Notes: generated from the sequence alone by a model not told the origin. 55,416 bases of DNA from Bacilli bacterium (GCA_050874705.1 JBNMLE010000002.1:1-55416), one strand, 5' to 3'. Counted from the first letter of the stretch, positions 10,600 to 20,887 are shown. Numbers and translations are program-made.

Positions 10600-10838
10600 A
10601 ATTCCTCATACATTGTTTTGGCTTTTTCTTCTGTTGCATATTCAAATATGTTAATTATTTTGTATGTTTTCGTTCCGTCTTTCTTTTTGATTTGAATAAT
10701 ATCGCCAGGGTTGATCTCTACGCATGCTTTTGCAATTTTATCATTCAAAAGAACTAGACCATTATCTAAATATTCTTTTGCAATAGTTCTGCGCTTTATG
10801 ATTCTACTAACCTTTAAATATTTATCAATTCTCATCAT
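10596..10838 (-). CDS. yabO: S4-domain RNA-binding protein (Hsp15/YabO/RqcP-like)
   Basis: MRIDKYLKVSRIIKRRTIAKEYLDNGLVLLNDK... is a classic S4 domain. I place the start at the internal MM (10838/10835). The longer ORF to 10892 would overlap the mfd 3' end by 68 nt. Confidence 0.8.
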   Translation of the reverse strand: MMRIDKYLKVSRIIKRRTIAKEYLDNGLVLLNDKIAKACVEINPGDIIQIKKKDGTKTYKIINIFEYATEEKAKTMYEEL

Positions 10839-13800
10839 TATTTCCTTTATATTTTTTATAAATATCTCTTGTGATATCAACAATAGTTTCAAGTTCTTTT
10901 AGCCAATTATCAATTTTCTCTATTTTAATATAAAGAACTTTTTGAATATATGTCACTGTTATTGTATCTAAATAAGGTGTCAAGGCTTGGAATAAATCAT
11001 TACCAACTCCTCTAAGTGAAGAGAATTTTTTCGACATCGTTAAAACGATAAAATTTCCTTGTTCACTTATATCAGAGAATTCTTCTCCTTCAAGCAATAT
11101 ATCAATACGTCTTTTCTTAAAAAGAAGAGATACTTCACTTGGAAGTCTTCCATATATATCGCGAACATTGTTTTTAATTTCTTCAAGTGATTTTAAATCA
11201 TGAGCGTTTTCTATTTCTTGATAAAGTTGAATCTTGTCTTCTTTAGAAGCATATTCACCAGGAATATAGGCATCTAATTTTAATAGCTTAACAGGTTTTG
11301 GAGGTTTAACTGCAATACCAGTTTTCTTTTCTTCCACTACTTCGTTCATCAGCTTCAAATATAAATCAAGACCAATTGAATCAATAAAACCTGCTTGTTC
11401 AGGACCTAAAATATCGCCTGCTCCTCTAATCATTAAATCTCGTTGAGCGATTTTATATCCGCTTCCAAGCTCAGCGAAATCTTGAATTGCTTTTAGTCTT
11501 TTTGAAGCAACATCTGACAAGGCTTTTTCTTCTTTATAGAACAAATAAGCATAAGCAATTTTATTACCTCTACCAACACGACCTTTGATTTGATAAAGCT
11601 GAGATAATCCAAAATGATCGGCATCTTCAACAATAATTAAATTTGCATTAGGCACATCAATGCCGTTTTCAACAATAGAAGTTGCAATCAATATATCAAT
11701 TTCCGCATTATAAAATCTCATCATGACATCTTCGATATCTTCTTTTAACATTTGCCCATGCACATATGCCACGTTAGCAGATGGAACTAAACGTTTAATT
11801 TTTTCAGAAGTTGTTTTAATTGTTGAAACAACATTATGAATGTAAAACACTTGCCCTCTACGAGATAATTCGCGTTCAAGAAGTTCTTTTACAACTTCTA
11901 ATTTATATGGCGCAACATATGTTTGAATTGTGTTTCTATTATTTGGAGCGGTATTAATTTGTGAAACTGGTCTTACTCCAACAAGAGAAAGTTGCATTGT
12001 TCTAGGGATTGGAGTAGCGCTTAATGAAAGAACATCAACATTGTTTTTCATTTCTTTTATTAATTCTTTTTGTTCAACTCCGAAGCGTTGCTCTTCATCA
12101 ACAACGAGTAAGCCAAGGTCTTTAAATTCAAAATTTTTACTGAGCAATCTATGTGTTCCAATAACAAGATGAATAGAACCATCTTTTATTCCTTCCATAT
12201 ATTCTTTTTGTTTTTTCTCTGGAATTAAACGAGAAATAATTGCAATATTAACACCAAAATTTCTAAAGCGTTGAACCGCTAATTCGTAATGTTGTCTGGC
12301 GAGTAGAGTTGTTGGACATAAAATAGCGGCTTGTTTTCCATTATCAATTGCTTTAAAAATTGCTCTAAATGCAACTTCTGTTTTTCCAAAACCAACATCT
12401 CCACATAAAAGACGATCCATTGCATATGGAGATTGCATATCTTTTTTAATATCGTCTAAAGCAGTTTTTTGGTCTTTTGTTAATTCGTATGGAAATTCAT
12501 TTTCAAATTGTTTCTGAAAAGCATCATCTTCTTTAAAACTAAAACCTTGTATATGAGCTCTTTCACTATAAAGTTTAAACAACCTATCAGCGAGTAAATT
12601 AACTCTTTCTTTAATACGAGCTTTTGTTTTCTCCCATGAAGAACCATTAAGGCTAGATAATTTTGGAGCAGCACCTTCTCTACCAGCATATTTTCTAACT
12701 AATCGAAACTGTGATAATGGAACGTGAAGAGTGTCACCACCTGCATACTCAATATGCAAAAAATCACGGTGAATCCCCTCTATTTCTATGGTTTCGATAT
12801 CAACAAATTTACCAATTCCATAATATTCATGAACAACATAATCGCCAGGTTTTAAATCTTCATAATTTTTGACAATAGATGCTTCTTTATATTTGCTAGC
12901 AATTTTTGAATTATAATGAAAACCAAATAATTCTTTTGATGATAAAACACATATTTTTTCATCAACAAGTTCGAATCCTTCTTCAAGTCCAAAAAGGCAT
13001 ATTCCAATTTTCTTTTCTGGAAGAGATAATCCATCAAGTATTTCATAATCTAAATTTTTGTTTTGCAATATTGTTTTTAAGGTATCAATTTGCATCTTAT
13101 TTGATCCTAGTAAAAGCAATTTTTCATTAGTGTTTAAGTATGAAAAAATCAAATCGTCGATTTTGTTAAGATTATCTTTACTAAAAACAATAGGGTTTAT
13201 TTTTAACTCAATTTCATCAAAACTTTTTCTAAATTCATTCGCGTGTAATATGCATTTTTCATATTTCAATACATCATCAATATTTTTATAGAGTTCTAAA
13301 TGTGTAATTAATTTTCCTTGTTCATTTAAATCTTCAAAATAATTTCTCGCTTCTTTTTCTAAAAATTCAACAGTTGAAAAGAACTGTTTCTCATTTGCCA
13401 CGAAAACGATATCAAACTTAGTATAATCCACCAATGAAGAAGTGTGGTTTTTTATATATTGATAATATTTATAATTTCTTGGTGAATATTGATGAGTTGA
13501 TATTTTTTCATAATCAAGTTCACTTATGTTTCTAAGCAAATCTGCTTTATCAGGCGCTAATCTAGCGGCGTCTTTTTCAACTTGTGCAAATAAATTGGTT
13601 TTAAATTTATTAATTTCTGAATCTTTAATCAAAGTGTCGTTAGCGGGCAAAATATTTACATTATCAACTGCTTCAATACTTCTTTGTGATGAAATATCAA
13701 AAAAATGTATGCAGTCAATTTCATCATCAAAAAATTCTATTCTAATTGGTCTATCGTAATTTATCGAAAATATATCGAGGATATCTCCACGAGATGCAAA

Positions 13801-14304
13801 TTGGAGGCTTTGATCAATCTTATTAACTCGTAAATAACCAGATTTTATCAGGATATTTCTTAATTCATCTATATCATATTTTTCGCCTACTTTTAAATTT
13901 ATGATATTGTTTTTGAATTCAATAACATCAGGTAAAGGTGTTATAAGACTTGCAGCATGAGCAATAACTACTTTTGGCTTATTTTCTAAAAGCTTGCCCA
14001 ATACAAATAATCTTTGAGATAAAAGCTCTTTTGATGAAGATAAAAGTTCACAACGTAAAACATCATCAAATGGAAAAAGTAAAACATTTTCGTCACCTAT
14101 AATTGAAGATATAAAAGAGGTTATCTTTTGCGCATTATATAAGTTCGATGCAAGTATTAAGTAATTCTTCTTTTTTTCATTAAAAAGTGTGGCAAAAAGA
14201 AGCGATGTTCCAATAACATCATCAACGACAAAATCTCCCTTTTTTTCTTTAAGGGAGGTATAGGCTTTTGTTTTTGAAACGATATTTAATAGTTCATTAT
14301 TCAA
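10825..14304 (-). CDS. mfd: Transcription-repair coupling factor
   Basis: 1159 aa with a UvrB-homology N-terminus, an RNAP-interaction domain, and superfamily-2 translocase motifs (GDVGFGKTEVA, DEEQRFGV, LSATPIPRT). Confidence 0.97.
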   Translation of the reverse strand: MNNELLNIVSKTKAYTSLKEKKGDFVVDDVIGTSLLFATLFNEKKKNYLILASNLYNAQKITSFISSIIGDENVLLFPFDDVLRCELLSSSKELLSQRLFVLGKLLENKPKVVIAHAASLITPLPDVIEFKNNIINLKVGEKYDIDELRNILIKSGYLRVNKIDQSLQFASRGDILDIFSINYDRPIRIEFFDDEIDCIHFFDISSQRSIEAVDNVNILPANDTLIKDSEINKFKTNLFAQVEKDAARLAPDKADLLRNISELDYEKISTHQYSPRNYKYYQYIKNHTSSLVDYTKFDIVFVANEKQFFSTVEFLEKEARNYFEDLNEQGKLITHLELYKNIDDVLKYEKCILHANEFRKSFDEIELKINPIVFSKDNLNKIDDLIFSYLNTNEKLLLLGSNKMQIDTLKTILQNKNLDYEILDGLSLPEKKIGICLFGLEEGFELVDEKICVLSSKELFGFHYNSKIASKYKEASIVKNYEDLKPGDYVVHEYYGIGKFVDIETIEIEGIHRDFLHIEYAGGDTLHVPLSQFRLVRKYAGREGAAPKLSSLNGSSWEKTKARIKERVNLLADRLFKLYSERAHIQGFSFKEDDAFQKQFENEFPYELTKDQKTALDDIKKDMQSPYAMDRLLCGDVGFGKTEVAFRAIFKAIDNGKQAAILCPTTLLARQHYELAVQRFRNFGVNIAIISRLIPEKKQKEYMEGIKDGSIHLVIGTHRLLSKNFEFKDLGLLVVDEEQRFGVEQKELIKEMKNNVDVLSLSATPIPRTMQLSLVGVRPVSQINTAPNNRNTIQTYVAPYKLEVVKELLERELSRRGQVFYIHNVVSTIKTTSEKIKRLVPSANVAYVHGQMLKEDIEDVMMRFYNAEIDILIATSIVENGIDVPNANLIIVEDADHFGLSQLYQIKGRVGRGNKIAYAYLFYKEEKALSDVASKRLKAIQDFAELGSGYKIAQRDLMIRGAGDILGPEQAGFIDSIGLDLYLKLMNEVVEEKKTGIAVKPPKPVKLLKLDAYIPGEYASKEDKIQLYQEIENAHDLKSLEEIKNNVRDIYGRLPSEVSLLFKKRRIDILLEGEEFSDISEQGNFIVLTMSKKFSSLRGVGNDLFQALTPYLDTITVTYIQKVLYIKIEKIDNWLKELETIVDITRDIYKKYKGNNDEN

Positions 14305-14870
14305 TTATTACCACCACCATTATATTTGCACATCGCTTTGGCAAAATCGTGATTTAAATATTCTCTAATTGCTAATGCCGCTCTTTTAATTGCGTCATCA
14401 ATTTTTATTTTGTCTTCTCCAAATGGTTTGCTTAAAACATAATCAACCGCACCTTTTACTGGAGGTTCACCTATTCCAACTCTGATTCTTTTAATTTGAT
14501 CAGTATTTAAGTTATCGATAATATTTTGCATTCCTTTTTGCCCACCGCTAGAACCATCATTTCTCAATCTAAGTTCACCGGGTTTGATGGCCATATCGTC
14601 ATAAATAACAAGAATGTCATCAGTTGGTATTTTGAAATAATGAGCAATTTTTTGAACAGCGGTTCCAGAAAGATTCATATATGTCATAGGTTTAAACAAA
14701 ATTACATATTCATCGTCTAATTTGAATTTAGCGTATTCACCATTAAAATCTTCATGATCAAAATCGACATCGACAATATCTTTGAATTCATCTAAAACTC
14801 GAAAGCCACAATTATGTCGAGTTAATTCATATTCTTTTCCAGGATTTCCTAAGCCAACAATTAATTTCAT
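14301..14870 (-). CDS. pth: Peptidyl-tRNA hydrolase
   Basis: MKLIVGLGNPGKEYELTRHN is a canonical Pth N-terminus. The ORF can extend to 14912, but the conserved start is the M at 14870. ATGA overlap with mfd. Confidence 0.93.
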   Translation of the reverse strand: MKLIVGLGNPGKEYELTRHNCGFRVLDEFKDIVDVDFDHEDFNGEYAKFKLDDEYVILFKPMTYMNLSGTAVQKIAHYFKIPTDDILVIYDDMAIKPGELRLRNDGSSGGQKGMQNIIDNLNTDQIKRIRVGIGEPPVKGAVDYVLSKPFGEDKIKIDDAIKRAALAIREYLNHDFAKAMCKYNGGGNN

Positions 14871-14906
14871 ATTATCAATTATAGATTTATATTGTCTTTT
14901 TTTCAT

Positions 14907-14923
14907 TAACATTTTAAATGTTA
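14907..14923. promoter_or_regulatory. Perfect 8-1-8 inverted repeat, candidate operator in the pth / DUF368-tetR divergent region
   Basis: TAACATTT-T-AAATGTTA read directly from the sequence. It lies 61 nt upstream of the DUF368 gene, which is co-transcribed with a TetR regulator. Confidence 0.35.
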
Positions 14924-14983
14924 TTTTATTATTAATGATTTTTAATTTGTCATTTGTTATTATTTTTTTGCTGAGAAATAATT

Positions 14984-15928
14984 ATGGAAAATAAATCAAA
15001 TAAGAAAAAAATGCCAACTTTTATAAAAGACGCTCTTGTTGGTTTAGGAATCGGAACAGCTGTTATCATACCGGGTATTTCAGGTGGAACTATTGCTTTA
15101 ATTTTCAAAGCTTTTGATAAAATTGTTGAGGCAGTAAGTGGTTTATTCAAATCATTTAAAATGTTTTGGAAAAACTTACTAATATTATTACCATTTGGTA
15201 TTGGTGCCGTTTTAGCGGTCGCAGGTCTATATTATCCATTTGAAAAAGCTTTTGAACATTGCATGCTTGCAATTGTCTGTTTATTCGTGGGTTTTATTTT
15301 AGGGAGTTATCCTGGAGTTATTGATGATGTTAAAGGCAAAAAAGTTACCGCTCCAAATATAGTGTTTCTTATTATTGGCTTTTTAGTGTCCGCTTTAATT
15401 GGTGTTTTTTCAGTTATATTTGATCTTGGCAGTCTAGTAAATAATTTATTTATTGAACCTCAATGGTATTTATATTTGATTGTTTTTGCAGTTGGAATTA
15501 TTAGCTCTGCTGGATTAATAGTTCCAGGGTTATCAGGTTCACTTATTTTGCTCGTTATTGGTTTTTATTTACCTATATTTAATCTACCAAAGAAAATAAT
15601 AACAGGAGAAAATATCCTTGCAAATTGTATGTTATTTTTAACTTTTGCAGTTGGTGTCGCAGTTGGTTTCGTTCTCATTAGTAAATTAATGAATGCATTG
15701 ATGAAAAAGCATTATCAAACAACAATGTATTTGGTTATAGGTTTTGTTGGGGGATCAATGATTTCAATATTTGTAAATTCCAATATGTTTAATTATTTTG
15801 CCACTCAAACAGATATGACATTAGATATTATTTTGTCCCCAATATTTTTAATTGTTGGAGTTGTTGTTGCCTATCTAATGGTTAGATATGTAAGAAAACA
15901 TAAAAAGGAAGAAGAAAATAATGCCTAG
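14984..15928 (+). CDS. DUF368-family polytopic membrane protein (PopT-like putative undecaprenyl-phosphate translocase)
   Basis: 314 aa with about 8-9 TM helices. The duplicated signature IIPGISGGT / IVPGLSGS is typical of DUF368. Confidence 0.75.
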   Translation: MENKSNKKKMPTFIKDALVGLGIGTAVIIPGISGGTIALIFKAFDKIVEAVSGLFKSFKMFWKNLLILLPFGIGAVLAVAGLYYPFEKAFEHCMLAIVCLFVGFILGSYPGVIDDVKGKKVTAPNIVFLIIGFLVSALIGVFSVIFDLGSLVNNLFIEPQWYLYLIVFAVGIISSAGLIVPGLSGSLILLVIGFYLPIFNLPKKIITGENILANCMLFLTFAVGVAVGFVLISKLMNALMKKHYQTTMYLVIGFVGGSMISIFVNSNMFNYFATQTDMTLDIILSPIFLIVGVVVAYLMVRYVRKHKKEEENNA

Positions 15929-16481
15929 AACACCTCTTCAATTTCAAAATATGAAAGATGAAAGAAAACTTTCTATTTTAGAATGTTCACTTCCTCTATT
16001 TTCTTTATACGGAAATAAAGTTTCTATTGATTTAATTTGTTCAAAAGCAAAATGTTCACATGGTCTGATTTATCATTATTATAAAAATACTAAAGATGTT
16101 TATGCGGATTTATTGAAATCTGACACTTACAAAGATTTGTTTTCGAAATTAGTTATCGATGACAAGAATAGAAAAGCTGAAGAACAAATAAAAGAAATTG
16201 TTTCTATTTTGTTTGAAATTAAAACAATCGAAGAAATGTCTTTTGCAAATATAATTATTAGCGATGAAGAAAAAGGCAGCTTTGTTCAAAATCTCATTAA
16301 ATTAATTAAACGTGGACAAAAAGAAGAAGAAATCACAAATGGTTCTCCTGAAGATATTGCTTCTTGTATTATCCTTCTTTTTAAAGGCATTTATTTAAGC
16401 TATCTTACGAACAAAAAAGCAAATATTAAAAAACCAAGCATAGATAATATCTTTGAAATATTTAGAAAAATTTATTTTTAA
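15921..16481 (+). CDS. TetR/AcrR-family transcriptional regulator
   Basis: 186 aa with an N-terminal HTH (...VSIDLICSKAKCSHGLIYHYYKNTKDVY). 8-nt overlap with the DUF368 gene. Confidence 0.8.
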   Translation: MPRTPLQFQNMKDERKLSILECSLPLFSLYGNKVSIDLICSKAKCSHGLIYHYYKNTKDVYADLLKSDTYKDLFSKLVIDDKNRKAEEQIKEIVSILFEIKTIEEMSFANIIISDEEKGSFVQNLIKLIKRGQKEEEITNGSPEDIASCIILLFKGIYLSYLTNKKANIKKPSIDNIFEIFRKIYF

Positions 16482-18055
16482 TCTTTAAATTTATTTTTAG
16501 CAATTAATTTATTATATTCCGCAATATCCTTATAAGGTTCTTTAAGTTGTGGATACATTTTTAAATATACATGTTTGAATAAATAATCGTATTTGCGGTG
16601 ATTTTCCATATTTGGTAAAAATTCATCTGATTGATGCACCATTGCTTTCACAGCTTCTTCGACATTATCAAATTCTTTCGCAGCAATAAAACCGGAAATT
16701 GCGACGCCTAAAGAAGAACATTCATATGTTTGAATTCTACTTACTGGTAGTCCGAAAATATCAGCGGTTATTTGGCAAATTGCATCGCTTTGCGAACCAC
16801 CACCAGAAATGCGAATACGTTCAATTTTATGATGAAGTCTTTTCTTTTCAAAAAGTTCAAGACCTTCTCTAAGGCAATAAGCAATTCCTTCAATAATTGC
16901 GCGATAAAGATGTATTCTTGTGTGTGTATCAGAAAAACCAATGATTGATCCTTTTGCAAGCGGCCTTCTAAGTCCTGCACCCCAATAAGGTTGAAGAACA
17001 AGTCCATCACAACCAGGATTTATTTCTAACATTTCTTGATTTAATATTTCTAACGCTAATTTGTTTTGAATTGCTGCTTCAAGAGATTCACTTTTACCAA
17101 ACTCTTTTGTAAACCAATTAAGCATCCAATATCCTCTATATACTTGAACATCAAGGTTATAATATCCATTAATTACTGCAGGATATGCAGGTAAAAACGG
17201 TTCAGCATCAGAATATTTTTTTGTTGTAACTTCAACGCTACAAGCTGTTCCATAGCTTATTGCAGCGGTTTTTCCATCCATTGCTCCTAAGCCTAATGTT
17301 TCACTACTTTTATCACTTCCAGCGGAAAATACTTTTAAACCTTCAGGTAATCCGGTTTTTTCATGAGCTTCTTTTGTAATTGTTCCCATTACTTCACCTA
17401 CTGGAACAAGTTTGCAAAGCATTCTTCTTGGCACACCAAAGATTTGTCCTTTTAAATGTTTGTCAGATTTATACCATTGACCTTTTTTAAAATCGATTGG
17501 AACATGTCCTGCTTGAGCAGCAGGAGAATCAACATATTTACCTAATAATTTCAAATTGATATAAGTTGAAATCATCATGAATTTATCAGTTTTTGCCCAT
17601 AGTTCTGGTTCGTTTTCCTGAATCCATACCGCCATCGAACGCTTTCTATTCAAATCAATTGTCGGACCCATACCAACGAGTTTGAACAACATTCTTGAAA
17701 ATAAAGGTAATTTTTCTTTTCCTTCTGCACGTCTTTCATCAAGCCACAAAATCGCTGGTCTTAAAACATTATTATCTTTATCTAAAATAACTATAGAATC
17801 TCTAAAAAATGTAATTGTCATTCCAACAACCTTATCCATTAAATCGCCGTGTTCGTTCATTAATTTATTTGTAACTTCACACATGCAATCGTAATAATAA
17901 TTTGGATCTTGCTCAGCGTATCCTGGTTTAGGAGAAAAATACGCTGGACTATATGGTTTTTTGTATAAACAAACAGTGTTACCTTTTTTATCGAATATTG
18001 CGGCTCTCACAGATTGAGTACCAAAATCAATTGTTAGAATTAAAGAATCAGTCAT
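16478..18055 (-). CDS. FGGY-family carbohydrate kinase (xylulokinase/glycerol-kinase-like; substrate unknown)
   Basis: The N-terminus MTDSLILTIDFGTQSVRAAIF and the C-terminal ISGGGSQSD match the FGGY N and C domains. Start placed at M19 of the long ORF. Confidence 0.85.
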   Translation of the reverse strand: MTDSLILTIDFGTQSVRAAIFDKKGNTVCLYKKPYSPAYFSPKPGYAEQDPNYYYDCMCEVTNKLMNEHGDLMDKVVGMTITFFRDSIVILDKDNNVLRPAILWLDERRAEGKEKLPLFSRMLFKLVGMGPTIDLNRKRSMAVWIQENEPELWAKTDKFMMISTYINLKLLGKYVDSPAAQAGHVPIDFKKGQWYKSDKHLKGQIFGVPRRMLCKLVPVGEVMGTITKEAHEKTGLPEGLKVFSAGSDKSSETLGLGAMDGKTAAISYGTACSVEVTTKKYSDAEPFLPAYPAVINGYYNLDVQVYRGYWMLNWFTKEFGKSESLEAAIQNKLALEILNQEMLEINPGCDGLVLQPYWGAGLRRPLAKGSIIGFSDTHTRIHLYRAIIEGIAYCLREGLELFEKKRLHHKIERIRISGGGSQSDAICQITADIFGLPVSRIQTYECSSLGVAISGFIAAKEFDNVEEAVKAMVHQSDEFLPNMENHRKYDYLFKHVYLKMYPQLKEPYKDIAEYNKLIAKNKFKD

Positions 18056-18161
18056 TTTAAGTCTCTCTTTCTCAAAAATAATACCACTAAATGAAAATGT
18101 AATAAACAATAAAAATATTGCTGATGTAACCGCTTAGAAAGACCACATTTAACAATTTATA

Positions 18162-18190
18162 TTGATTATAAATAGTTAGATTTGTTATAT
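18162..18190 (+). promoter_or_regulatory. Candidate ppdK promoter
   Basis: TTGATT (18162-18167), a 17-nt spacer, then TTATAT (18185-18190), about 60 nt upstream of the ppdK ATG. Confidence 0.35.
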
Positions 18191-18201
18191 TTTTGTTGTT
18201 A

Positions 18202-18217
18202 GTGAAATTTATTTCAC
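18202..18217. promoter_or_regulatory. Inverted repeat GTGAAAT-TT-ATTTCAC, a cre-like candidate operator
   Basis: 7-bp perfect arms. The inner 14-mer TGAAATTTATTTCA matches the outer half-sites of the CcpA cre consensus TGWAANCGNTNWCA but lacks the central CG. It lies just downstream of the candidate -10 and 31 nt before the ppdK ATG. Confidence 0.35.
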
Positions 18218-18247
18218 ATAAATATTATTTGTTCATAGGAGGAACAT

Positions 18248-20887
18248 ATGGCAAAACAATACGTATTTAACTTCAAGGATGCTTACGGTCTTGGTAAGGA
18301 ACTTCTTGGAGGAAAAGGTGCTGGTCTTGCAGAAATGACACATATTGGTGTCCCAATTCCTGACGGATTCACCATCACAACAGAAGCTTGCACACTTTAT
18401 TACGAAAGCGGCAAGAAACTTCCTGACTATTTAAAGGAAGAAATTTTCAAAGGTATCGAAAGAATTGAAAAAGAAACAGGTAAACACTTCGGTGGCGATA
18501 CAAACCCACTTCTTGTCTCAGTTCGTTCAGGTGCTCGTGTTTCAATGCCAGGTATGATGGACACAATCCTTAACCTTGGTTTAAATGAAACAACAGTCAA
18601 TGCTTTAATTAGAGAAACTGGAAACGAAAGATTTGCTTATGATAGCTATCGTCGTTTCATTCTTATGTTCACAAACATTGCAAAAGGACATCCACGTACC
18701 GAAATGGATAAAATGCTCGATGAATTAAAAGAATCAAAGGGCTACAAACTCGATACAGAAGTCACTGCAGAAGAACTTAAAGAATTAGTTGGAAAATACA
18801 AAGAATATTACAAAAAGACATTTGGTGAAGATTTCCCAAGCGATCCAAAAGTTCAATTACTCGAAGCTGTTACAGCAGTCTTCCGTTCATGGGATAACCC
18901 ACGTGCTAACGTTTATCGTATGCAATACTCAATCCCATATTCCTGGGGTACCGCTGTTAACGTTCAATCAATGGTCTTTGGTAACAAAGGCGAAACATCA
19001 GGAACAGGTGTTGCTTTCTCAAGAAACGCTGCTACTGGTGAAAAAGTACTTTCCGCTGAATATTTACCAAACGCTCAAGGTGAAGACGTTGTTGCAGGTA
19101 TTCGCACACCACTTCACATTGACGAACTCAAAAAACGTATGCCAAAAGTTTACGATCAATTCGTAGACACAATTAAGAAAATGGAACTCCATTATCGCGA
19201 TATGCAAGATATGGAATTCACAGTCGAAGAAGGAAAACTTTACTTCTTACAAACTCGTAGTGGTAAACGTACACCAGCCGCTGCCTTAAAGATGGCTTGC
19301 GACATGGTCGATGAAGGTTTAATTACAAAAGACGAAGCTGTCTTAAGAATTGATCCAGTATCATTCGATAAATTACTTCTTCCAAACTTCGATAAAGATG
19401 ATTTAGAAAAAGCAAAATCACGCCTTATTGCAAAAGGTAACCCAGCTGGTCCAGGCGCTGGAACAGGTAAGATTGCCTTTACAGCTGAAGAAGCTGAAGC
19501 ACGTCACGCTGCTGGTGAAAAAGTTGTCTTAGTCCGCGCTGAAACATCACCAGAAGACTTAATCGGTATGATTGCCTCTGAAGGTATTCTCACAATGCGT
19601 GGTGGTATGACATCACACGCCGCTGTTGTTGCTCGTGGTATGGGTAAATGCTGTGTTACAGGTTGTGCAGCCGCAATTATTGATGAAGATGCAAAAACAT
19701 TAACAATCAATGGTAAAGTTTATGGACCAGATGATGTTCTTTCAATCGATGGTTCAACAGGTTCAATCTATGAAGGCGATATTAAGAAAGTTGCACCAGA
19801 TCTATCAAGTGGTAACTTCGGTCGCTTAATGAAATGGGTTGATGAAGCAAGAGCACTTGCAGTCCGTGCTAACGCAGATACACCAAAAGATGCTCACCAA
19901 GCTAAATTATTCGGTGCTCAAGGTATTGGCTTATGCCGTACAGAACACATGTTCTTTGATAAGGATAAAATCTTCCACTTCAGAAAGATGATTCTCGCTG
20001 AAGAAAAAGCTGATAGAGTTGCAGCCTTAAACGAAATTGAACCACTTCAACAAAAAGACTTCGAAGGTCTTTATGAAGAAATGGGCGAACTCAATGTTAA
20101 CATTCGTTTATTAGACCCACCTCTACACGAATTCCTCCCACAAGAAGAAGACAAAATTGAAGAACTTGCAAAAGCTACAGGACATTCAGTCGCTTATATT
20201 CATAAACGTATTGAAGAACTCCATGAATTCAACCCAATGATGGGTCACCGTGGTTGCCGTTTAGCAGTTTCTTATCCAGAAATTTGCGAAATGCAAACAA
20301 CCGCTATTATCAAAGCTGCTATTAATGTTTCAAAGAAACTTGATATCAACATTGAACCAGAAATCATGGTACCACTCGTACTTGAAGTAAAAGAACTTCA
20401 ATTTGTTAAAAACATTATCACAACAACTGCTGATAAATTAATCAAAGAAGCTGGCGTTAATATGAAATATCACGTCGGTACAATGATTGAAATCCCGAGA
20501 GCCGCTCTCCTTTCAGATGAAATCGCTAAAGAAGCTGAATTCTTCTCATTTGGTACAAACGACTTAACACAACTCACATTCGGTTTCAGCCGTGATGATG
20601 CTTCTAAGTTCTTACCAGATTACTACAAGAACAAAATTCTTGAAGAAGATCCGTTCAAGACACTCGATCAAAAAGGTGTTGGAAAACTTGTCGATCTCTC
20701 AGTCAAACAAGGTCGTGCAACAAATCCAAATCTCCACATTGGTGTCTGTGGTGAAACTGGTGGCGAACCAAATTCAATCGAATTCTACCACAAGGCAGGA
20801 CTTGATTATGTTTCTTGCTCACCATTCCGTGTTCCAGTTGCTCGCTTAGCTGCTGCTCAAGCAAACATTAAGAACCCAAGAAAATAG
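18248..20887 (+). CDS. ppdK: Pyruvate, phosphate dikinase
   Basis: 879 aa with the phosphohistidine motif GGMTSHAAVVARGMG and a PEP-utilising C-terminal TIM barrel (CRTEHMF, GVCGE). Strong GGAGG RBS. Visibly stronger codon bias and higher GC than neighbouring genes. Confidence 0.97.
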   Translation: MAKQYVFNFKDAYGLGKELLGGKGAGLAEMTHIGVPIPDGFTITTEACTLYYESGKKLPDYLKEEIFKGIERIEKETGKHFGGDTNPLLVSVRSGARVSMPGMMDTILNLGLNETTVNALIRETGNERFAYDSYRRFILMFTNIAKGHPRTEMDKMLDELKESKGYKLDTEVTAEELKELVGKYKEYYKKTFGEDFPSDPKVQLLEAVTAVFRSWDNPRANVYRMQYSIPYSWGTAVNVQSMVFGNKGETSGTGVAFSRNAATGEKVLSAEYLPNAQGEDVVAGIRTPLHIDELKKRMPKVYDQFVDTIKKMELHYRDMQDMEFTVEEGKLYFLQTRSGKRTPAAALKMACDMVDEGLITKDEAVLRIDPVSFDKLLLPNFDKDDLEKAKSRLIAKGNPAGPGAGTGKIAFTAEEAEARHAAGEKVVLVRAETSPEDLIGMIASEGILTMRGGMTSHAAVVARGMGKCCVTGCAAAIIDEDAKTLTINGKVYGPDDVLSIDGSTGSIYEGDIKKVAPDLSSGNFGRLMKWVDEARALAVRANADTPKDAHQAKLFGAQGIGLCRTEHMFFDKDKIFHFRKMILAEEKADRVAALNEIEPLQQKDFEGLYEEMGELNVNIRLLDPPLHEFLPQEEDKIEELAKATGHSVAYIHKRIEELHEFNPMMGHRGCRLAVSYPEICEMQTTAIIKAAINVSKKLDINIEPEIMVPLVLEVKELQFVKNIITTTADKLIKEAGVNMKYHVGTMIEIPRAALLSDEIAKEAEFFSFGTNDLTQLTFGFSRDDASKFLPDYYKNKILEEDPFKTLDQKGVGKLVDLSVKQGRATNPNLHIGVCGETGGEPNSIEFYHKAGLDYVSCSPFRVPVARLAAAQANIKNPRK

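Noticed and set aside
18789-19166. Same-strand alternative-frame ORFs inside ppdK (18789-19166, 20592-20849), ftsH (8314-8517, 8677-8943), mfd (12480-12689, 12852-13046), the FGGY kinase (16768-17010), gyrB/gyrA (36087-36284, 36330-36566) and the P-type ATPase (43823-44014)
   Set aside because: They are embedded out of frame within well-supported genes. They have no independent start context and compositionally odd products. I have no reason to propose overlapping genes.
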